64,000 nt of DNA from an uncultured Gemmatimonadaceae bacterium (GCA_964456165.1 CAYWBJ010000133.1:23764-87763), one strand, 5' to 3'; numbered from the stretch's first letter, positions 19,188-29,590 are shown. Numbers and translations are program-made. The notes: a model not told the origin generated them from the sequence alone.

Positions 19188-19481
19188 TCACCTCCCCACC
19201 TCGATCCGACCGTCTCGGAGGGCAGGACTGGAGAGGGCATACAGAGCCGTCACCGCGTACAGTCCGCCGCCGATCAGGTAGATTCCACGGATCGGCAGGT
19301 AGTCGGCCAGGGCGGCGAACCCGGTGCTGGCCAGCATCACTGCAGCGATCCCCAGCGCCGATCCGGTCTTCCGGAACACGTCGACCATCAACCCGACGGT
19401 GAACAACGTTGCCGCGAGGCGTCCCAGGGCGTGCGAGCTCAGGAGCAGGAGGAAGTTGCGGTGACGCCATAGGTCATTCAT
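19188..19481 (-). pseudogene. MFS transporter N-terminal fragment (EntS/MFS_3-like), truncated after about TM3
   Basis: 97 codons from ATG 19481: MNDLWRHRNFLLLLSSHALGRLAATLFTVGLMVDVFRKTGSALGIAAV...ADYLPIRG. This resembles the start of 400-aa MFS_3 exporters. No continuation exists in any frame before 19038. Confidence 0.55.
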
Positions 19482-19516
19482 GCGCACTAATGCAGGGCGG
19501 CCGTCACTTCGGGCAG

Positions 19517-21136
19517 TCAGGGCCGCGCCAGCCACTGGAGCAGGCCAGCCGTCGAGCCGTCCTTCCCGCACGGCGGCACCTGCCCCTCCACCATCGGCAG
19601 CAACTCGGTGGCCAGCTCCTTGCCCAGCTCCACGCCCCATTGGTCGAATGAGTTGATGCCCCAGATGGTGCCCTCCACGAAAACGCGGTGCTCGTAAAGC
19701 GCGATGATCGCCCCGAGCGTATGGGGCGTGAGGCGGTCGTAGGCGATCGTGACGGAGGGGCGGTTGCCGGGGAAAACCCGGTGGCGGGCCTGGCGATCGA
19801 GCTCGTCGCCGGACAGCCCATCGGCGGCCAGCATACGTCGGGCGGTCTCCAGGCCCCTTCCCCGCATGAGCGCTTCCGACTGGGCCAGGCAGTTGGCTTT
19901 CAGCAGCGCGTGCTGGTGCGCCAGGTGTGACTCGTGACCGCGTGCGGCGACCAGGAATTCGCAGGGCACCGGCGTCGTTCCCTGGTGGATGAGCTGGTAG
20001 AACGCATGTTGCCCATTGGTGCCCGGCTCGCCCCAAACCACCGGCGCGCTGTGACGCGGCAGCTCTTCGCCCGACGACGCCACCCGCTTGCCGTTGCTCT
20101 CCATGTCCAGCTGCTGCAGGTAAGCCGGCAGGCGCGCCAACCGCTGATCGTAGGGCAGGACGGCCCGTGCCCCGTAGCCGCACAGGTTGCGGTGCCAGAT
20201 CCCCACCAGTCCCAGCAGCGCGGGCAGGTTTTCCTCCAGTGGCGCGGTGCGAAAGTGATCGTCCATCTCCCTTGCCCCGTCCAGGAAAGCGGTAAAATCG
20301 TCTGGACCGACCGCCAGCATGAGGGAGAGCCCGATCGGCCCCCACACCGAGTAGCGGCCGCCGACCCAATCCGCGAAACCGAACACCCGCTCCGCCTCGA
20401 TGCCCATGGCCGCCGTCCTGTCGAGGGCCGACGATACCGCGGCCAGGTGTTGCGGCACCGCCCCGGCATCGCCGAGCCCCGCCCGCAGCCAGGAGACCGC
20501 CGACTCGGCATTGGCCATTGTTTCGATCGTGGTGAACGTCTTTGAAGCGATTATGACCAGCGTCCGAGCCGGGTCGAGACCGTCCAGGGTGTCGGCGACG
20601 TGGGCGCCGTCGACGTTGGAGACGAAGTGCGCCCGTGGTCCGTCGCAATAGGGAGTCAAGGCCTGCACCGCCATCGCCGGCCCCAGGTCCGAACCGCCGA
20701 TGCCGATGTTGACCACGTCGGTGAAGGCATCGCCGTCGGCAGCTGCCCGGCTGCCGTCGCGGATGGCGGCAGCGAAGGCAGCCATCCGATCTCGCGTGGC
20801 CCGAACGCCCGGAACGACGTCCTCTGAGTCGACCTCGACTGGGCCAGCAGCGGCGCGCAGGACGGTGTGCAGCACCGCTCGGTCCTCCGTCTCGTTTATC
20901 CGCTTTCCGGAGAACATCGCTTCACGGCGCGCCGGCACCCCCTTCGCCTCAGCCAGCGCTGACAACAGCCCGACGCCGTCGGCATCGAGGTTGACCTTCG
21001 AATAGTCGAGAAGGAGTCCCGCACCCTCGGCGCTGAATGCGGGGAAACGCCCCGGCTCATCGAACAGAGACAGGATCGATCGTCCCTGCACCTTCCCGTG
21101 GTAGGTCCCCAGTCGCTCCCAGACGGTCTCGTTCAC
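19517..21136 (-). CDS. pgi: glucose-6-phosphate isomerase
   Basis: 539 aa with full-length PGI pattern ([54 protein letters not shown]). Confidence 0.95.
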   Translation of the reverse strand: MNETVWERLGTYHGKVQGRSILSLFDEPGRFPAFSAEGAGLLLDYSKVNLDADGVGLLSALAEAKGVPARREAMFSGKRINETEDRAVLHTVLRAAAGPVEVDSEDVVPGVRATRDRMAAFAAAIRDGSRAAADGDAFTDVVNIGIGGSDLGPAMAVQALTPYCDGPRAHFVSNVDGAHVADTLDGLDPARTLVIIASKTFTTIETMANAESAVSWLRAGLGDAGAVPQHLAAVSSALDRTAAMGIEAERVFGFADWVGGRYSVWGPIGLSLMLAVGPDDFTAFLDGAREMDDHFRTAPLEENLPALLGLVGIWHRNLCGYGARAVLPYDQRLARLPAYLQQLDMESNGKRVASSGEELPRHSAPVVWGEPGTNGQHAFYQLIHQGTTPVPCEFLVAARGHESHLAHQHALLKANCLAQSEALMRGRGLETARRMLAADGLSGDELDRQARHRVFPGNRPSVTIAYDRLTPHTLGAIIALYEHRVFVEGTIWGINSFDQWGVELGKELATELLPMVEGQVPPCGKDGSTAGLLQWLARP

Positions 21137-21341
21137 TCTGCCTCTCCTCGACTGCCACTGGCCGGCGGCTCCCGCGCCCTACTCATTAGGCCTGGCGTGC
21201 CCGCCCGTCAAGCGCGGGCCCGCCCATGGTCACCCCGCCGGCCGGCGCCCGGAGCTGCGCCCTCCTCCTTGCGCGGTCACCCTGCCTCGTCCTGCTTATT
21301 GATCGGTCCGGATCAGCCGGGCGCGACGCAGAGGACGGGAA

Positions 21342-22139
21342 ATGAAGCCCAATCTGTTCAAGGAAAAGCTGGCCCAAGGCCAGATGCCGGTCGGCCACAT
21401 GCTCGTTCAGTTCAACACGCGCGGCATGGCTAAGATGCTCGCGGCGGCCGGCGTCGACTTCGCGATGATCGACATGGAGCACGGCTCCTTCAACATCGCC
21501 GAGTTCGCCGATATGGTCGCCTGGCTCAAGGCCACGCCCGTGACACCGTTCGTCCGGGTGGCCGGCCCCGACTATCACCTGATCGCCCGCGTCCTCGACG
21601 TCGGGGCCCAGGGGGTGATGGTGCCCAACGTCCGCAGCAGCGCCGAAGCTCGGGCCATCGTCGAGGCCGCCCGCTACCCACCCGCCGGCCGCCGCGGCCT
21701 CCACTTCGGTGGCGAGAGCTCCGACTTTTTGGCAGTCGACGGCGTCGACCACGTGCGCGAGGCCAACGAGAACATCACCGTCATCTGCATGATCGAGAGT
21801 CCCGAGGGCGTGGAAGACCTGGATGGCATCGCCGGCACCCCCGGCGTCGACGCTCTCTGGGTGGGTCACTGGGACCTGACCAACTTCATGGGCATTCCCG
21901 GCGCCTTTCACGACCCCCGCTTCCTGGGAGCCGTCAGCCGCGTCGTCAACGCTGCGCACCGCCACGGCCTCGCCGCCGCGATCCAGCCGGCCAGCACCGA
22001 GCAGCTGTGCGACTTCCTGGCCCTGGGCTTCGACGCGATCTCCTACGGCTCCGATTTCAATTTGTACCAGGAGGCGCTGACCCGGGGTGTCGCGGCGGTG
22101 CGGGACCAGGCCGGCGCCCGCCTGTCCGTCGCGCGGTGA
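21342..22139 (+). CDS. HpcH/HpaI family aldolase (2-keto-3-deoxy-acid aldolase)
   Basis: GVDFAMIDMEHG, VRVAGPD, QGVMVPNV and RYPPAGRRG motifs. Confidence 0.9.
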   Translation: MKPNLFKEKLAQGQMPVGHMLVQFNTRGMAKMLAAAGVDFAMIDMEHGSFNIAEFADMVAWLKATPVTPFVRVAGPDYHLIARVLDVGAQGVMVPNVRSSAEARAIVEAARYPPAGRRGLHFGGESSDFLAVDGVDHVREANENITVICMIESPEGVEDLDGIAGTPGVDALWVGHWDLTNFMGIPGAFHDPRFLGAVSRVVNAAHRHGLAAAIQPASTEQLCDFLALGFDAISYGSDFNLYQEALTRGVAAVRDQAGARLSVAR

Positions 22140-22209
22140 GGCAGGCCGCGCTCGCCCCACGTCCACTTCCTCCGGTCGTCGTGCCGAGACGGCTATCCAG
22201 GCAGCGCCG

Positions 22210-23166
22210 GTGATCTCGGAAGCAGAACTGCAGACCGCCAGGCTCTGCGTCGTCGGCGGCATCAACCGCGACCTCAAGACCGCGCCGTTCCCACCAGGCG
22301 CACACCTGCTCCAGGATGGCGAGACCACCGTGCAGTCGATCACTGAAACCGTCGGCGGTGGCGGCGCCAACAGCGCCTGCATCGCCGCCGGGCTCGGAGC
22401 ACCGGTCGCTTTCGTCGGCCGCCTCGGCGCCGACGATCTCGGTGCGCGCCTTGGTGCGACCCTGACCGCCAACGGCGTGGTCTGCCACCTTCACCAGGAT
22501 ACCGCCAGTCCAACCGGCACGACGCTCAACCTGGTCTACGAATCAGGTAGCCGGCATTTCATCAGTCGCCACCCGAACAACGAGGCCCTTTCGTTCGACG
22601 ACCTCGACCTGGAGCCGGTGGCTGCCGCCGATCACCTGCTGCGCGCCGACGTCTGGTTCTCCGAGCCGATGTTGTACGGCGGCAACGACGAGCTGTTCCG
22701 CCGCGCCGGGGAGGCCGGTGTCGCAGTCTCCCTCGACCTTAACTGGGACCCCCGCTGGGGCGCAGATCCGGCAGCTGAGATCGACCGCCGCAAGCGCGCC
22801 GTGCGCGACCTGCTTCCCCTCGTGGACCTAGTGCACGGCAACATTGCCGAGCTGAACGAGTTCACCGGCGCCGCCGCTCTCTCCGAAACGCTCACACGGC
22901 TGACCGCGTGGGGTGCCGGCGCAGTCGTCGTGCACATGGGCGCCGAGGGCGCCGGGTATTTCGCCAACGGCGCATTCGTGGTCGAGCCACCGGTGCCGAC
23001 AGAGAAGATCCTCGCAGTCACCGGTACCGGGGATGTCCTGAGCGCCTGCATGATGCTGATGCACCGCCGCGACCAGGCGCCACCGCAGGAGAAGCTGCGC
23101 CTGGCCAACCGGATCGTCGCCGAGTTCATGGAGGGACGGCGCCGTTTCATCCCTAAACTGGAATAG
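22210..23166 (+). CDS. PfkB-family carbohydrate kinase
   Basis: RLCVVGGINRD...GGGGANSACIAAGLG...VTGTGDVLSA motifs. GTG 22210 is preferred over ATG 22087, which overlaps the aldolase by 53 nt with an Arg-rich leader. The start is uncertain. Confidence 0.8.
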   Translation: MISEAELQTARLCVVGGINRDLKTAPFPPGAHLLQDGETTVQSITETVGGGGANSACIAAGLGAPVAFVGRLGADDLGARLGATLTANGVVCHLHQDTASPTGTTLNLVYESGSRHFISRHPNNEALSFDDLDLEPVAAADHLLRADVWFSEPMLYGGNDELFRRAGEAGVAVSLDLNWDPRWGADPAAEIDRRKRAVRDLLPLVDLVHGNIAELNEFTGAAALSETLTRLTAWGAGAVVVHMGAEGAGYFANGAFVVEPPVPTEKILAVTGTGDVLSACMMLMHRRDQAPPQEKLRLANRIVAEFMEGRRRFIPKLE

Positions 23167-23178
23167 CCGGAGTAGCTC

Positions 23179-24447
23179 ATGCAGAAGATCACGGTCACCC
23201 GCAACGACAATCTCTACGAGGCCTTTGCCGACATCGCCCAGGCTGCCGACGGCACCCTGGTCTGCACCTACCGGGAGAGCATGTGCCACAGCTACCGGCC
23301 GTTCTCCCGCATCGTCATCCGTCGCAGCTTCGACCGCGGCCGGTCCTGGGGGCCGCGCCAGGTGGTGTGCGAGTGCAGCAGAGAAGACACCGAGGCCGGC
23401 CGTGGGATGCTCAACTGCTCCCGCCTCACCGCCTGCGGTGACGGCACCCTGCTGCTGATCGTCGACGCCATTGACGCGATCACCTTCGCCGACCTCCTCG
23501 AGCCGGACCCCTGCCGCAACCTGATCTTCCGCAGCCGCGATTGCGGCGCCACCTGGAAGGGTCCCGAGGAGACCGGGATCACCGCCGGTATTGTCCCCTC
23601 CATCGCGGAGTTGTCCAGCGGCGACCTGCTGGTCGGCGTCACCGAGCAGTTCGAGGGGAACGACCCCGGCCGTGGCTTCTCCGAATCGCAGACCATCTAC
23701 CGCTCCACCGACGGCGGCGCAACCTGGGAAGGTCCAACCGTGATCCCCAATCCGTCGGCGCCGACAGCCAACGGCGAGAAGTGGCGGCTGAACGAGGGCG
23801 ACTTCGCCGAGATGGACGACGGCCGCGTCGTCGTCTACATGCGGGAGGACGGCGAGCGGCTGAGCGGCTGGAAGAGCCTCTCCAGCGACGCCGGCTGCAC
23901 CTGGTCCGAGCCGGTACGAACCCAGATGCCCTGCTGCCTCGGCCGGCCCTCGGTGGGACGGCTGCGCTCCGGCGAGGTCGCCCTGACCTACCGCATGGCA
24001 GTAGGCCGCTCCACCTCGCTCGCTCTCTACGTCGAGACCGCCGCCGAGGCCGTGCGTGGCCTCGGCGGGGTCGGCGCCCGCGGCATGGACGACTACTCGA
24101 GCACGGCCGAGAGCCGCTTCGCCGTCATCGACAACGATCGATCGCCCTGGGCGGACAGCGGCTATTCGGGGTGGGTGCAGCTGGAGGACGGCGATCTGTT
24201 CGTCGTCAACTACGTCAACGACGACGCCCCCCGCGCCTTCGTGCGCGGCTACGTCGTGGGCCGCGAGGACTGGTACCTCTATCCGGAGGGCCAGATTCTC
24301 AGCGAGCTGCCGTACGATTGGGAGGGAGCCTACGTGGGCCAGATGCAGGACCTCGCCCGCCGGCAGCAGGCCTGGGTGGACGCCCAGGACTGGTCAGGCC
24401 AGGTTCTCGGTCGCAAGAAACTGCCATCTGCCAGGAGAGCCCCATGA
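23179..24447 (+). CDS. BNR-repeat sialidase-like glycoside hydrolase (no signal peptide)
   Basis: Four S-x-D-x-G-x-(T/S)-W repeats: SFDRGRSW, SRDCGATW, STDGGATW, SSDAGCTW. Confidence 0.8.
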   Translation: MQKITVTRNDNLYEAFADIAQAADGTLVCTYRESMCHSYRPFSRIVIRRSFDRGRSWGPRQVVCECSREDTEAGRGMLNCSRLTACGDGTLLLIVDAIDAITFADLLEPDPCRNLIFRSRDCGATWKGPEETGITAGIVPSIAELSSGDLLVGVTEQFEGNDPGRGFSESQTIYRSTDGGATWEGPTVIPNPSAPTANGEKWRLNEGDFAEMDDGRVVVYMREDGERLSGWKSLSSDAGCTWSEPVRTQMPCCLGRPSVGRLRSGEVALTYRMAVGRSTSLALYVETAAEAVRGLGGVGARGMDDYSSTAESRFAVIDNDRSPWADSGYSGWVQLEDGDLFVVNYVNDDAPRAFVRGYVVGREDWYLYPEGQILSELPYDWEGAYVGQMQDLARRQQAWVDAQDWSGQVLGRKKLPSARRAP

Positions 24448-25538
24448 CCGACCAAGTGCACCGCGTCGCCATTATCGGCTGTGGACGGATGGGCCAGTAT
24501 TACGCCCACGTCTATTCCGAGCTGCCCAACACCGAGATCGTCGCCATCGCCGAGTACAACGACGACCGCCGCCGTGCCGTCGGCGAGCGGTTCGGAGTAA
24601 AGGCCCTCTACAAGGACGTCTCCTCTCTGCTCGACGAAGTCGTCCCGGACATCGCCGCCATCATCACACCGACGAAGTGGTTCAAGGAGGCGGTCATCGC
24701 CTGTGCCGAGGCCGGCGTCAGAGGCGTCTCGACCGACAAGCCGATCGCCGCCCGGCTCTCCGACGCCGACGAGATGGTGGGGACGTGCCGCGAGCGCGGC
24801 GTCATCTATTCCGGCGGCAACCTGCAGCGGGCGATACCGGAGGTCCAGGAAGCAGCCCGGCGGATCCGCGCCGGCGACTACGGCTCCCTGACCGGCGCCC
24901 TGGTGCACGGCTTCGGCGGCGAGATTTCGGGCGGTGGCTGCCAGACCATCGCCGTGCTCACGCTACTGGCCGGCAGCCCCGTCGAGGAGGTGATCGCCTG
25001 GGGATCCCCGCCCGAGGCACTGCAACAGGAGTCAGACGAAGGCCTAGCGATCGACGGGCGCATGCGGCTCCAGTCCGGCCTCGTCTGCCCGGTAGTCGGA
25101 CAGGTCGATTACCAGGGTGGCGTTTCGGTCTGGTCGGAGGATGCGCTGGTGGAATGGCGCTGGAATGCGCCGCGGATCTTCCGCGGCTTTGACGCCGGCG
25201 GCGCCCGCATCGAGATCGACCCGGACTACGGCATCACGCCCTACGACGAGCGCGATGGCAGCCAGCAGTACCTGAGCAACTCCATCGGCCACCTCATCGC
25301 CGCGGTCGAGAGCGGCCGGGAGAGCGATCTGGTCGTCTCCGGCGACGACCTGCGCCACGCCCTCGAAGTGGCAATCGCCTGCAAGCTATCGGCCCTGCGG
25401 GGCAGCGCGCCCGTGCGCCTGCCGCTCGACGACCGCTCGTTGTCGCTGCACCCGCGTCCGTACCGGTGGGCCGGGGGCGACGTCGATGGCCGACCGCAGT
25501 CGGTAGAGGAAGTCCTCGAGTTCGACCTTACACGGTAG
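24444..25538 (+). CDS. Gfo/Idh/MocA family oxidoreductase
   Basis: MTDQVHRVAIIGCGRMG. ATG 24444 overlaps the upstream TGA (ATGA). Confidence 0.85.
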   Translation: MTDQVHRVAIIGCGRMGQYYAHVYSELPNTEIVAIAEYNDDRRRAVGERFGVKALYKDVSSLLDEVVPDIAAIITPTKWFKEAVIACAEAGVRGVSTDKPIAARLSDADEMVGTCRERGVIYSGGNLQRAIPEVQEAARRIRAGDYGSLTGALVHGFGGEISGGGCQTIAVLTLLAGSPVEEVIAWGSPPEALQQESDEGLAIDGRMRLQSGLVCPVVGQVDYQGGVSVWSEDALVEWRWNAPRIFRGFDAGGARIEIDPDYGITPYDERDGSQQYLSNSIGHLIAAVESGRESDLVVSGDDLRHALEVAIACKLSALRGSAPVRLPLDDRSLSLHPRPYRWAGGDVDGRPQSVEEVLEFDLTR

Positions 25539-25548
25539 AGGCGCGCCC

Positions 25549-26631
25549 CTACGGCGCCATCGGTATCCGCGACAAACGCGCCCACTCCGCGTACTGGGCG
25601 CGGAACCGGGTGTACGACTCGTAGACCTGCGCGAAGCGGGCGTCGCTTGCCGCCTCCTCCGCCATGACTTCGTCTGTCGCCTGGCGGTAGGCGGCCATGA
25701 TCTCCGGCGACCAGGAGTGCAGCTGCACTCCTTCCACGACCATGTTGGCCAGCGCCTGCCCCTGCTGCACCTCGCCCATGGTGAGGCCGCGGATGATGGC
25801 GTCGCGGCAGCAGAGCTTGATCAGCTCCTGATCCTTGGCCGATAGCTCCTTCCAGCGGTCCAGGTTGACGATCAGCTCGAGGATGGACGACTGCTGGTGC
25901 CAGCCGGGAAAGTAGTAGTGTTTGGCGATCTTGTGAAAGCCGAAGCGCTCGTCGATGCTGGGCATAGACAGCTCGGTGGCGTCCAGCACCCCCCGCTCCA
26001 GTGCCGGGAAGATGTCGCCCGGCGCCAGCAGCTGAACCGAAGCCCCGAGCTTTTGCATCACTTTGCCGCCGAGGCCGAAGAAGCGAATCTTCATCCCCTG
26101 CAGCTGGTCGACCCGGTCGATCGGCTCGCGGAACCAGCCCGATGCCTCCGGCGGCGTGATGACGCAGGGAGTGACCCACAGGTTGTTCTCGGCGTAGATC
26201 TCCTGCCAGAGCTCGAGTCCACCCCCCTCGTAAATCCAGGCCATGTACTCCAGTGCATCCGGGCCGAAGGGCACCGCCGAGAACATCGCCACCGACGGCA
26301 GCTTGCCGATCCAGAAGCCGGCCGTCGACCAGCCCGCATCCACCGCCCCCTTGCTCACCGAGTCGAAGATCTCCAGCGCCGGCACCAGCTTGCCGGGATC
26401 GAAGTACTTGATCCGGATGCGGCCGCCGGACACCTCCTCCAGCTTCTGCGACCAGATCGGACCGGCGACGCCGACGATCGGCGTAGTCGCCGAGTAGGCG
26501 CTGGCCATCTTCCAGTTCACCGGCCTGTCCGCTGCACCCGTAGCCGCCTCCTGCCGCGACTGACAGGCACCCAGCCCCAGACCCAATGCGATCACAGCAG
26601 CCAGTAGTGTGCGTGCTCTCTCTTTCATCAC
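25549..26631 (-). CDS. TRAP transporter substrate-binding protein (DctP-type, lipoprotein)
   Basis: Lipobox LGLGLGAC, then full-length similarity to COG4663-type TRAP SBPs (KYFDPGKLVPALEIFDSVSKGAVDAGW...GWFREPI...DATE). No DctQ/DctM gene is nearby. Confidence 0.85.
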   Translation of the reverse strand: MMKERARTLLAAVIALGLGLGACQSRQEAATGAADRPVNWKMASAYSATTPIVGVAGPIWSQKLEEVSGGRIRIKYFDPGKLVPALEIFDSVSKGAVDAGWSTAGFWIGKLPSVAMFSAVPFGPDALEYMAWIYEGGGLELWQEIYAENNLWVTPCVITPPEASGWFREPIDRVDQLQGMKIRFFGLGGKVMQKLGASVQLLAPGDIFPALERGVLDATELSMPSIDERFGFHKIAKHYYFPGWHQQSSILELIVNLDRWKELSAKDQELIKLCCRDAIIRGLTMGEVQQGQALANMVVEGVQLHSWSPEIMAAYRQATDEVMAEEAASDARFAQVYESYTRFRAQYAEWARLSRIPMAP

Positions 26632-26857
26632 ATTCTCCCCGGAACTCGCCGTCTTCCGGGAGGATAAACGACGCGGGCGCCGGGCCGGTCAAGGGATACT
26701 GCCCGACCTGTCGACGGCGGCGCGGAAGCGGTATCTCGATAGCCTCCGCATCGGGATCGCGGGAATGATGAAACAGCAGGTCAGGGCAACCCTGGCCATT
26801 GTGGCCTCAGCGGCGCTTCTTCCCGCGCTATCGCCAAGGAGAGAGATTGCATCGCGG

Positions 26858-27838
26858 ATGATCCCTACCGATAATGCATTCACCTCCGCTGCACACGAGA
26901 GCCCGACTCGACGATTGATGCTTACCCGACAGATCACGGATGCACGCGCCTGGACCGCGGACACGGTCGGCGAGCAACGGCCGTGGCGCGTCCCACTAGA
27001 CACCCATTGCCTGGACGAGCTGACGCAACCGGCCGCTGACCCACTGCCACCGGTGCGTGACGGCAAGCTACCCTCGTGCCGGACCCTCATGGCCGGTGTC
27101 GCCGAGGAGCTCGAGCACGGCCGGGGGTTCGTCCTGATCGACCGGCTACCGCTCGAATCGCTCTCTGCCCACAGCGCCCGACGTGCCTACTGGCGCCTGG
27201 GGCAGCTGCTAGGGCCGCCGTTCGCGCAGGACGTGAAGGGCACCCTGCTCTTCGACGTTCGCGACACCGGCCGCGCGGTGAGCGAAGGCGCCCGGTTCTC
27301 GGTGACCAACGCCGAGAGCTCCTTCCACACCGACGGCGCCTTCAACCCCGCCGTACCCGACTATGTCGCCCTGCTCTGTGTGCGGGCCGCCCAGTCGGGC
27401 GGCGTCAGTCAGCTCGTCAGCGCCTGCGCAATCCACAACCGATTGCTCGACGCCGACCCGGAGGCGCTCGCCCTGCTCTACGAGCCGTTCTGCTTCGATC
27501 GGCGCAGCGAGTTCATCAAGGGCGAGAAGCCCTACACCGAGACGCCGAGCTTCCAGTGGCGCGACCGGCAGCTTGTGCATCGCTACCTGCGCCATTACGT
27601 CGAAGTCGGCCAGGAGAAGGCCGGGCAGCCGCTGAGGCCGGCGCAGGTCGCTGCTCTCGACATTATCGAGACCCTCGTAACCGACCCGGCGCACCAGGCC
27701 GAGTTCGCGATGGCGCCGGGGCAGATGCTGTTCACCAACAACCGGTGGATCCTCCACAACCGAACGGCGTTCGTCGACTGGCCCGAGCCGGGACGGCGCC
27801 GGCACTACGTGAGGTTATGGCTGACCAACAGGGGATGA
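26858..27838 (+). CDS. TauD/TfdA-family Fe(II)/2OG dioxygenase
   Basis: SFHTDGAF (H-x-D) and distal FTNNRWILHNRTAF...RHYVRLW. The start is uncertain (ATG 26765, 26858 or 26918). Confidence 0.8.
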   Translation: MIPTDNAFTSAAHESPTRRLMLTRQITDARAWTADTVGEQRPWRVPLDTHCLDELTQPAADPLPPVRDGKLPSCRTLMAGVAEELEHGRGFVLIDRLPLESLSAHSARRAYWRLGQLLGPPFAQDVKGTLLFDVRDTGRAVSEGARFSVTNAESSFHTDGAFNPAVPDYVALLCVRAAQSGGVSQLVSACAIHNRLLDADPEALALLYEPFCFDRRSEFIKGEKPYTETPSFQWRDRQLVHRYLRHYVEVGQEKAGQPLRPAQVAALDIIETLVTDPAHQAEFAMAPGQMLFTNNRWILHNRTAFVDWPEPGRRRHYVRLWLTNRG

Positions 27839-27842
27839 TGAG

Positions 27843-28721
27843 ATGGATTCGAGATGCCTCGAAAACCTGCTGACCGCGTCCGAACGAAGGACCTTCGAGG
27901 AACAGGGTTACCTGGCCGTCGAAGACGCCCTCGCCGCCAGCTCGCTGCAACACTTCCTGCAGACCGCCGACCGGCTCCATGCGGCGGCCCTCGCTACCGG
28001 CGAAGCCTCCCCGGGACGGTTGTGGAGCACCACCAGTTTCTTCGACGAGGACGAGGCCCTGGTCGATCTTCTCGACTGGCCCACCGTGCTGCCCAAGGTG
28101 TGGGGCATACTGGGCTGGAATATCTACCTCTACCACGCCCACCTGACGATCAACCCACCCGAGTCTGCCGACGACCGCGAGGAGCGCTGGCTCGAGTGGC
28201 ACCAGGACAGCGGCCGGGTCAACGTCGAGCTGCGGACCTTCCCGGCCCCGCGCCTCTCGCTCAAGGTCGCCTACTTCCTCACCGACGTCTCCGAGCCGGG
28301 TCGCGGCAACTTCTACATCATCCCGGGCAGCCACCTCACCGACCGCGTGCCGCCAGCCTCGGAGGTGGGACGTGATCCGCGCGAGCACATCACGGCGGAA
28401 CTGCCCGCGGGCGCAGTGCCGATCTGCGTCCCGCCCGGCACCGCCGTGCTCTTCGACCGCCGCCTCTGGCACTCCCGGGGCGCCAACCATTCCGCGCTCA
28501 CTCGCAAGGTGCTGTTTTACGGATACGGCTACCGCTGGATCCGGCCGAAGGACGACATGCGCGTAGAGCATCTGTACGAGCGCCTGACGCCCATCCGCCG
28601 GCAACTGCTCGGCGACGCGGTGAAGAACGCGGGCCGCTACGCCCCCGCCGACGACGATGTGCCGCTGCGGACCTGGCTGACCGAACACCTCGGCGCCGAC
28701 ACCGTCGCCGCCATGGACTGA
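27843..28721 (+). CDS. phytanoyl-CoA dioxygenase (PhyH) family protein
   Basis: WLEWHQDSG (H-x-D), IIPGSH and RRLWHSRGAN. Confidence 0.85.
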   Translation: MDSRCLENLLTASERRTFEEQGYLAVEDALAASSLQHFLQTADRLHAAALATGEASPGRLWSTTSFFDEDEALVDLLDWPTVLPKVWGILGWNIYLYHAHLTINPPESADDREERWLEWHQDSGRVNVELRTFPAPRLSLKVAYFLTDVSEPGRGNFYIIPGSHLTDRVPPASEVGRDPREHITAELPAGAVPICVPPGTAVLFDRRLWHSRGANHSALTRKVLFYGYGYRWIRPKDDMRVEHLYERLTPIRRQLLGDAVKNAGRYAPADDDVPLRTWLTEHLGADTVAAMD

Positions 28722-28734
28722 GGACGAAAGCGCG

Positions 28735-29583
28735 ATGTCCGCAGCCTGCCGTTACCGGTTCGACGACCTGGATGCCCACCTGGGCGAGCTGGACGAGCAG
28801 GGCTACACCTTGTTCAGCGACTACCTGCAGCCCGAGATCACCGCCGCCATCCGCGCCCAGACCGACGCCCTGGTGGCAAGCGGCCTGCCAGTGGTGACCT
28901 CGCCGTGGGTCGACACCGACAAGCCCCGCATGCTGGTGAACGAGCGTCTCGGCACGAACGAATTCAGGCATCCGCTGCCGGGCGACCTGCCCGGCCGCCT
29001 CGCCGCCAATCGCGACAGCATCGAGCTGAGTCAGCGCCTCATCGGCTCGACCGACCTGCGCATGCGCGAGCAGATCTTCATCCGCACCGGAACGGAAGCC
29101 GGCCACAAAGGCGCCACCGGCTGGCACATCGACTCGCCGTTCCTGCGCGAGGAGTACGAGACGGAGCCACGGCAGATCTACTACCAGATGATCCACTACT
29201 GCAGCACAGTCCAACCGGGCGGCGGCGCTCTGATGATCGTCCCCGGCTCGCACCGCAAGGTCGGCGAAGTCAGCAAGGCGCCCGGGATCGAGTCGGAGCG
29301 GGATGCCCTCGCCGCCAACCCCATCGCGGTCGCCGACATCGACGTCGGGGGCGGGGTAGAGATCTGCGCCGAGGAGGGATCCGTCGTCCTCTTCAACCCC
29401 ATGTGCCTCCATTCTGCCTCCTTCAACAATCGTGCCGAACCCCGTTACGTCTACTTCACCTCCTTCTACGACCCGTCGGCCGCCTGGCTGGTGGAGTTCC
29501 TGCGCAAGACCCGCTACCGGGACTGTTTCCCCGACTCGCTCTACCGGAGTCTGCCCGACGACCTGCATTACCTGCTGGGATAA
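28735..29583 (+). CDS. phytanoyl-CoA dioxygenase (PhyH) family protein
   Basis: GWHIDSPF (H-x-D), IVPGSH and MCLHSASFN. Confidence 0.85.
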   Translation: MSAACRYRFDDLDAHLGELDEQGYTLFSDYLQPEITAAIRAQTDALVASGLPVVTSPWVDTDKPRMLVNERLGTNEFRHPLPGDLPGRLAANRDSIELSQRLIGSTDLRMREQIFIRTGTEAGHKGATGWHIDSPFLREEYETEPRQIYYQMIHYCSTVQPGGGALMIVPGSHRKVGEVSKAPGIESERDALAANPIAVADIDVGGGVEICAEEGSVVLFNPMCLHSASFNNRAEPRYVYFTSFYDPSAAWLVEFLRKTRYRDCFPDSLYRSLPDDLHYLLG

Positions 29584-29590
29584 CCCAACG

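Noticed and set aside
19482-20648. Upper part of the 486-aa ORF 19188-20648 overlapping pgi in another frame
   Set aside because: It is Arg/Gly/Pro-rich nonsense overlapping a full-length pgi. Only the last 97 codons (the MFS fragment) look like protein.
23541-24443. N-terminal 300 codons of the 665-aa ORF 23541-25538
   Set aside because: They overlap the BNR gene out of frame with an Arg-rich composition. Rossmann-type similarity begins exactly at ATG 24444, which is ATGA-coupled.
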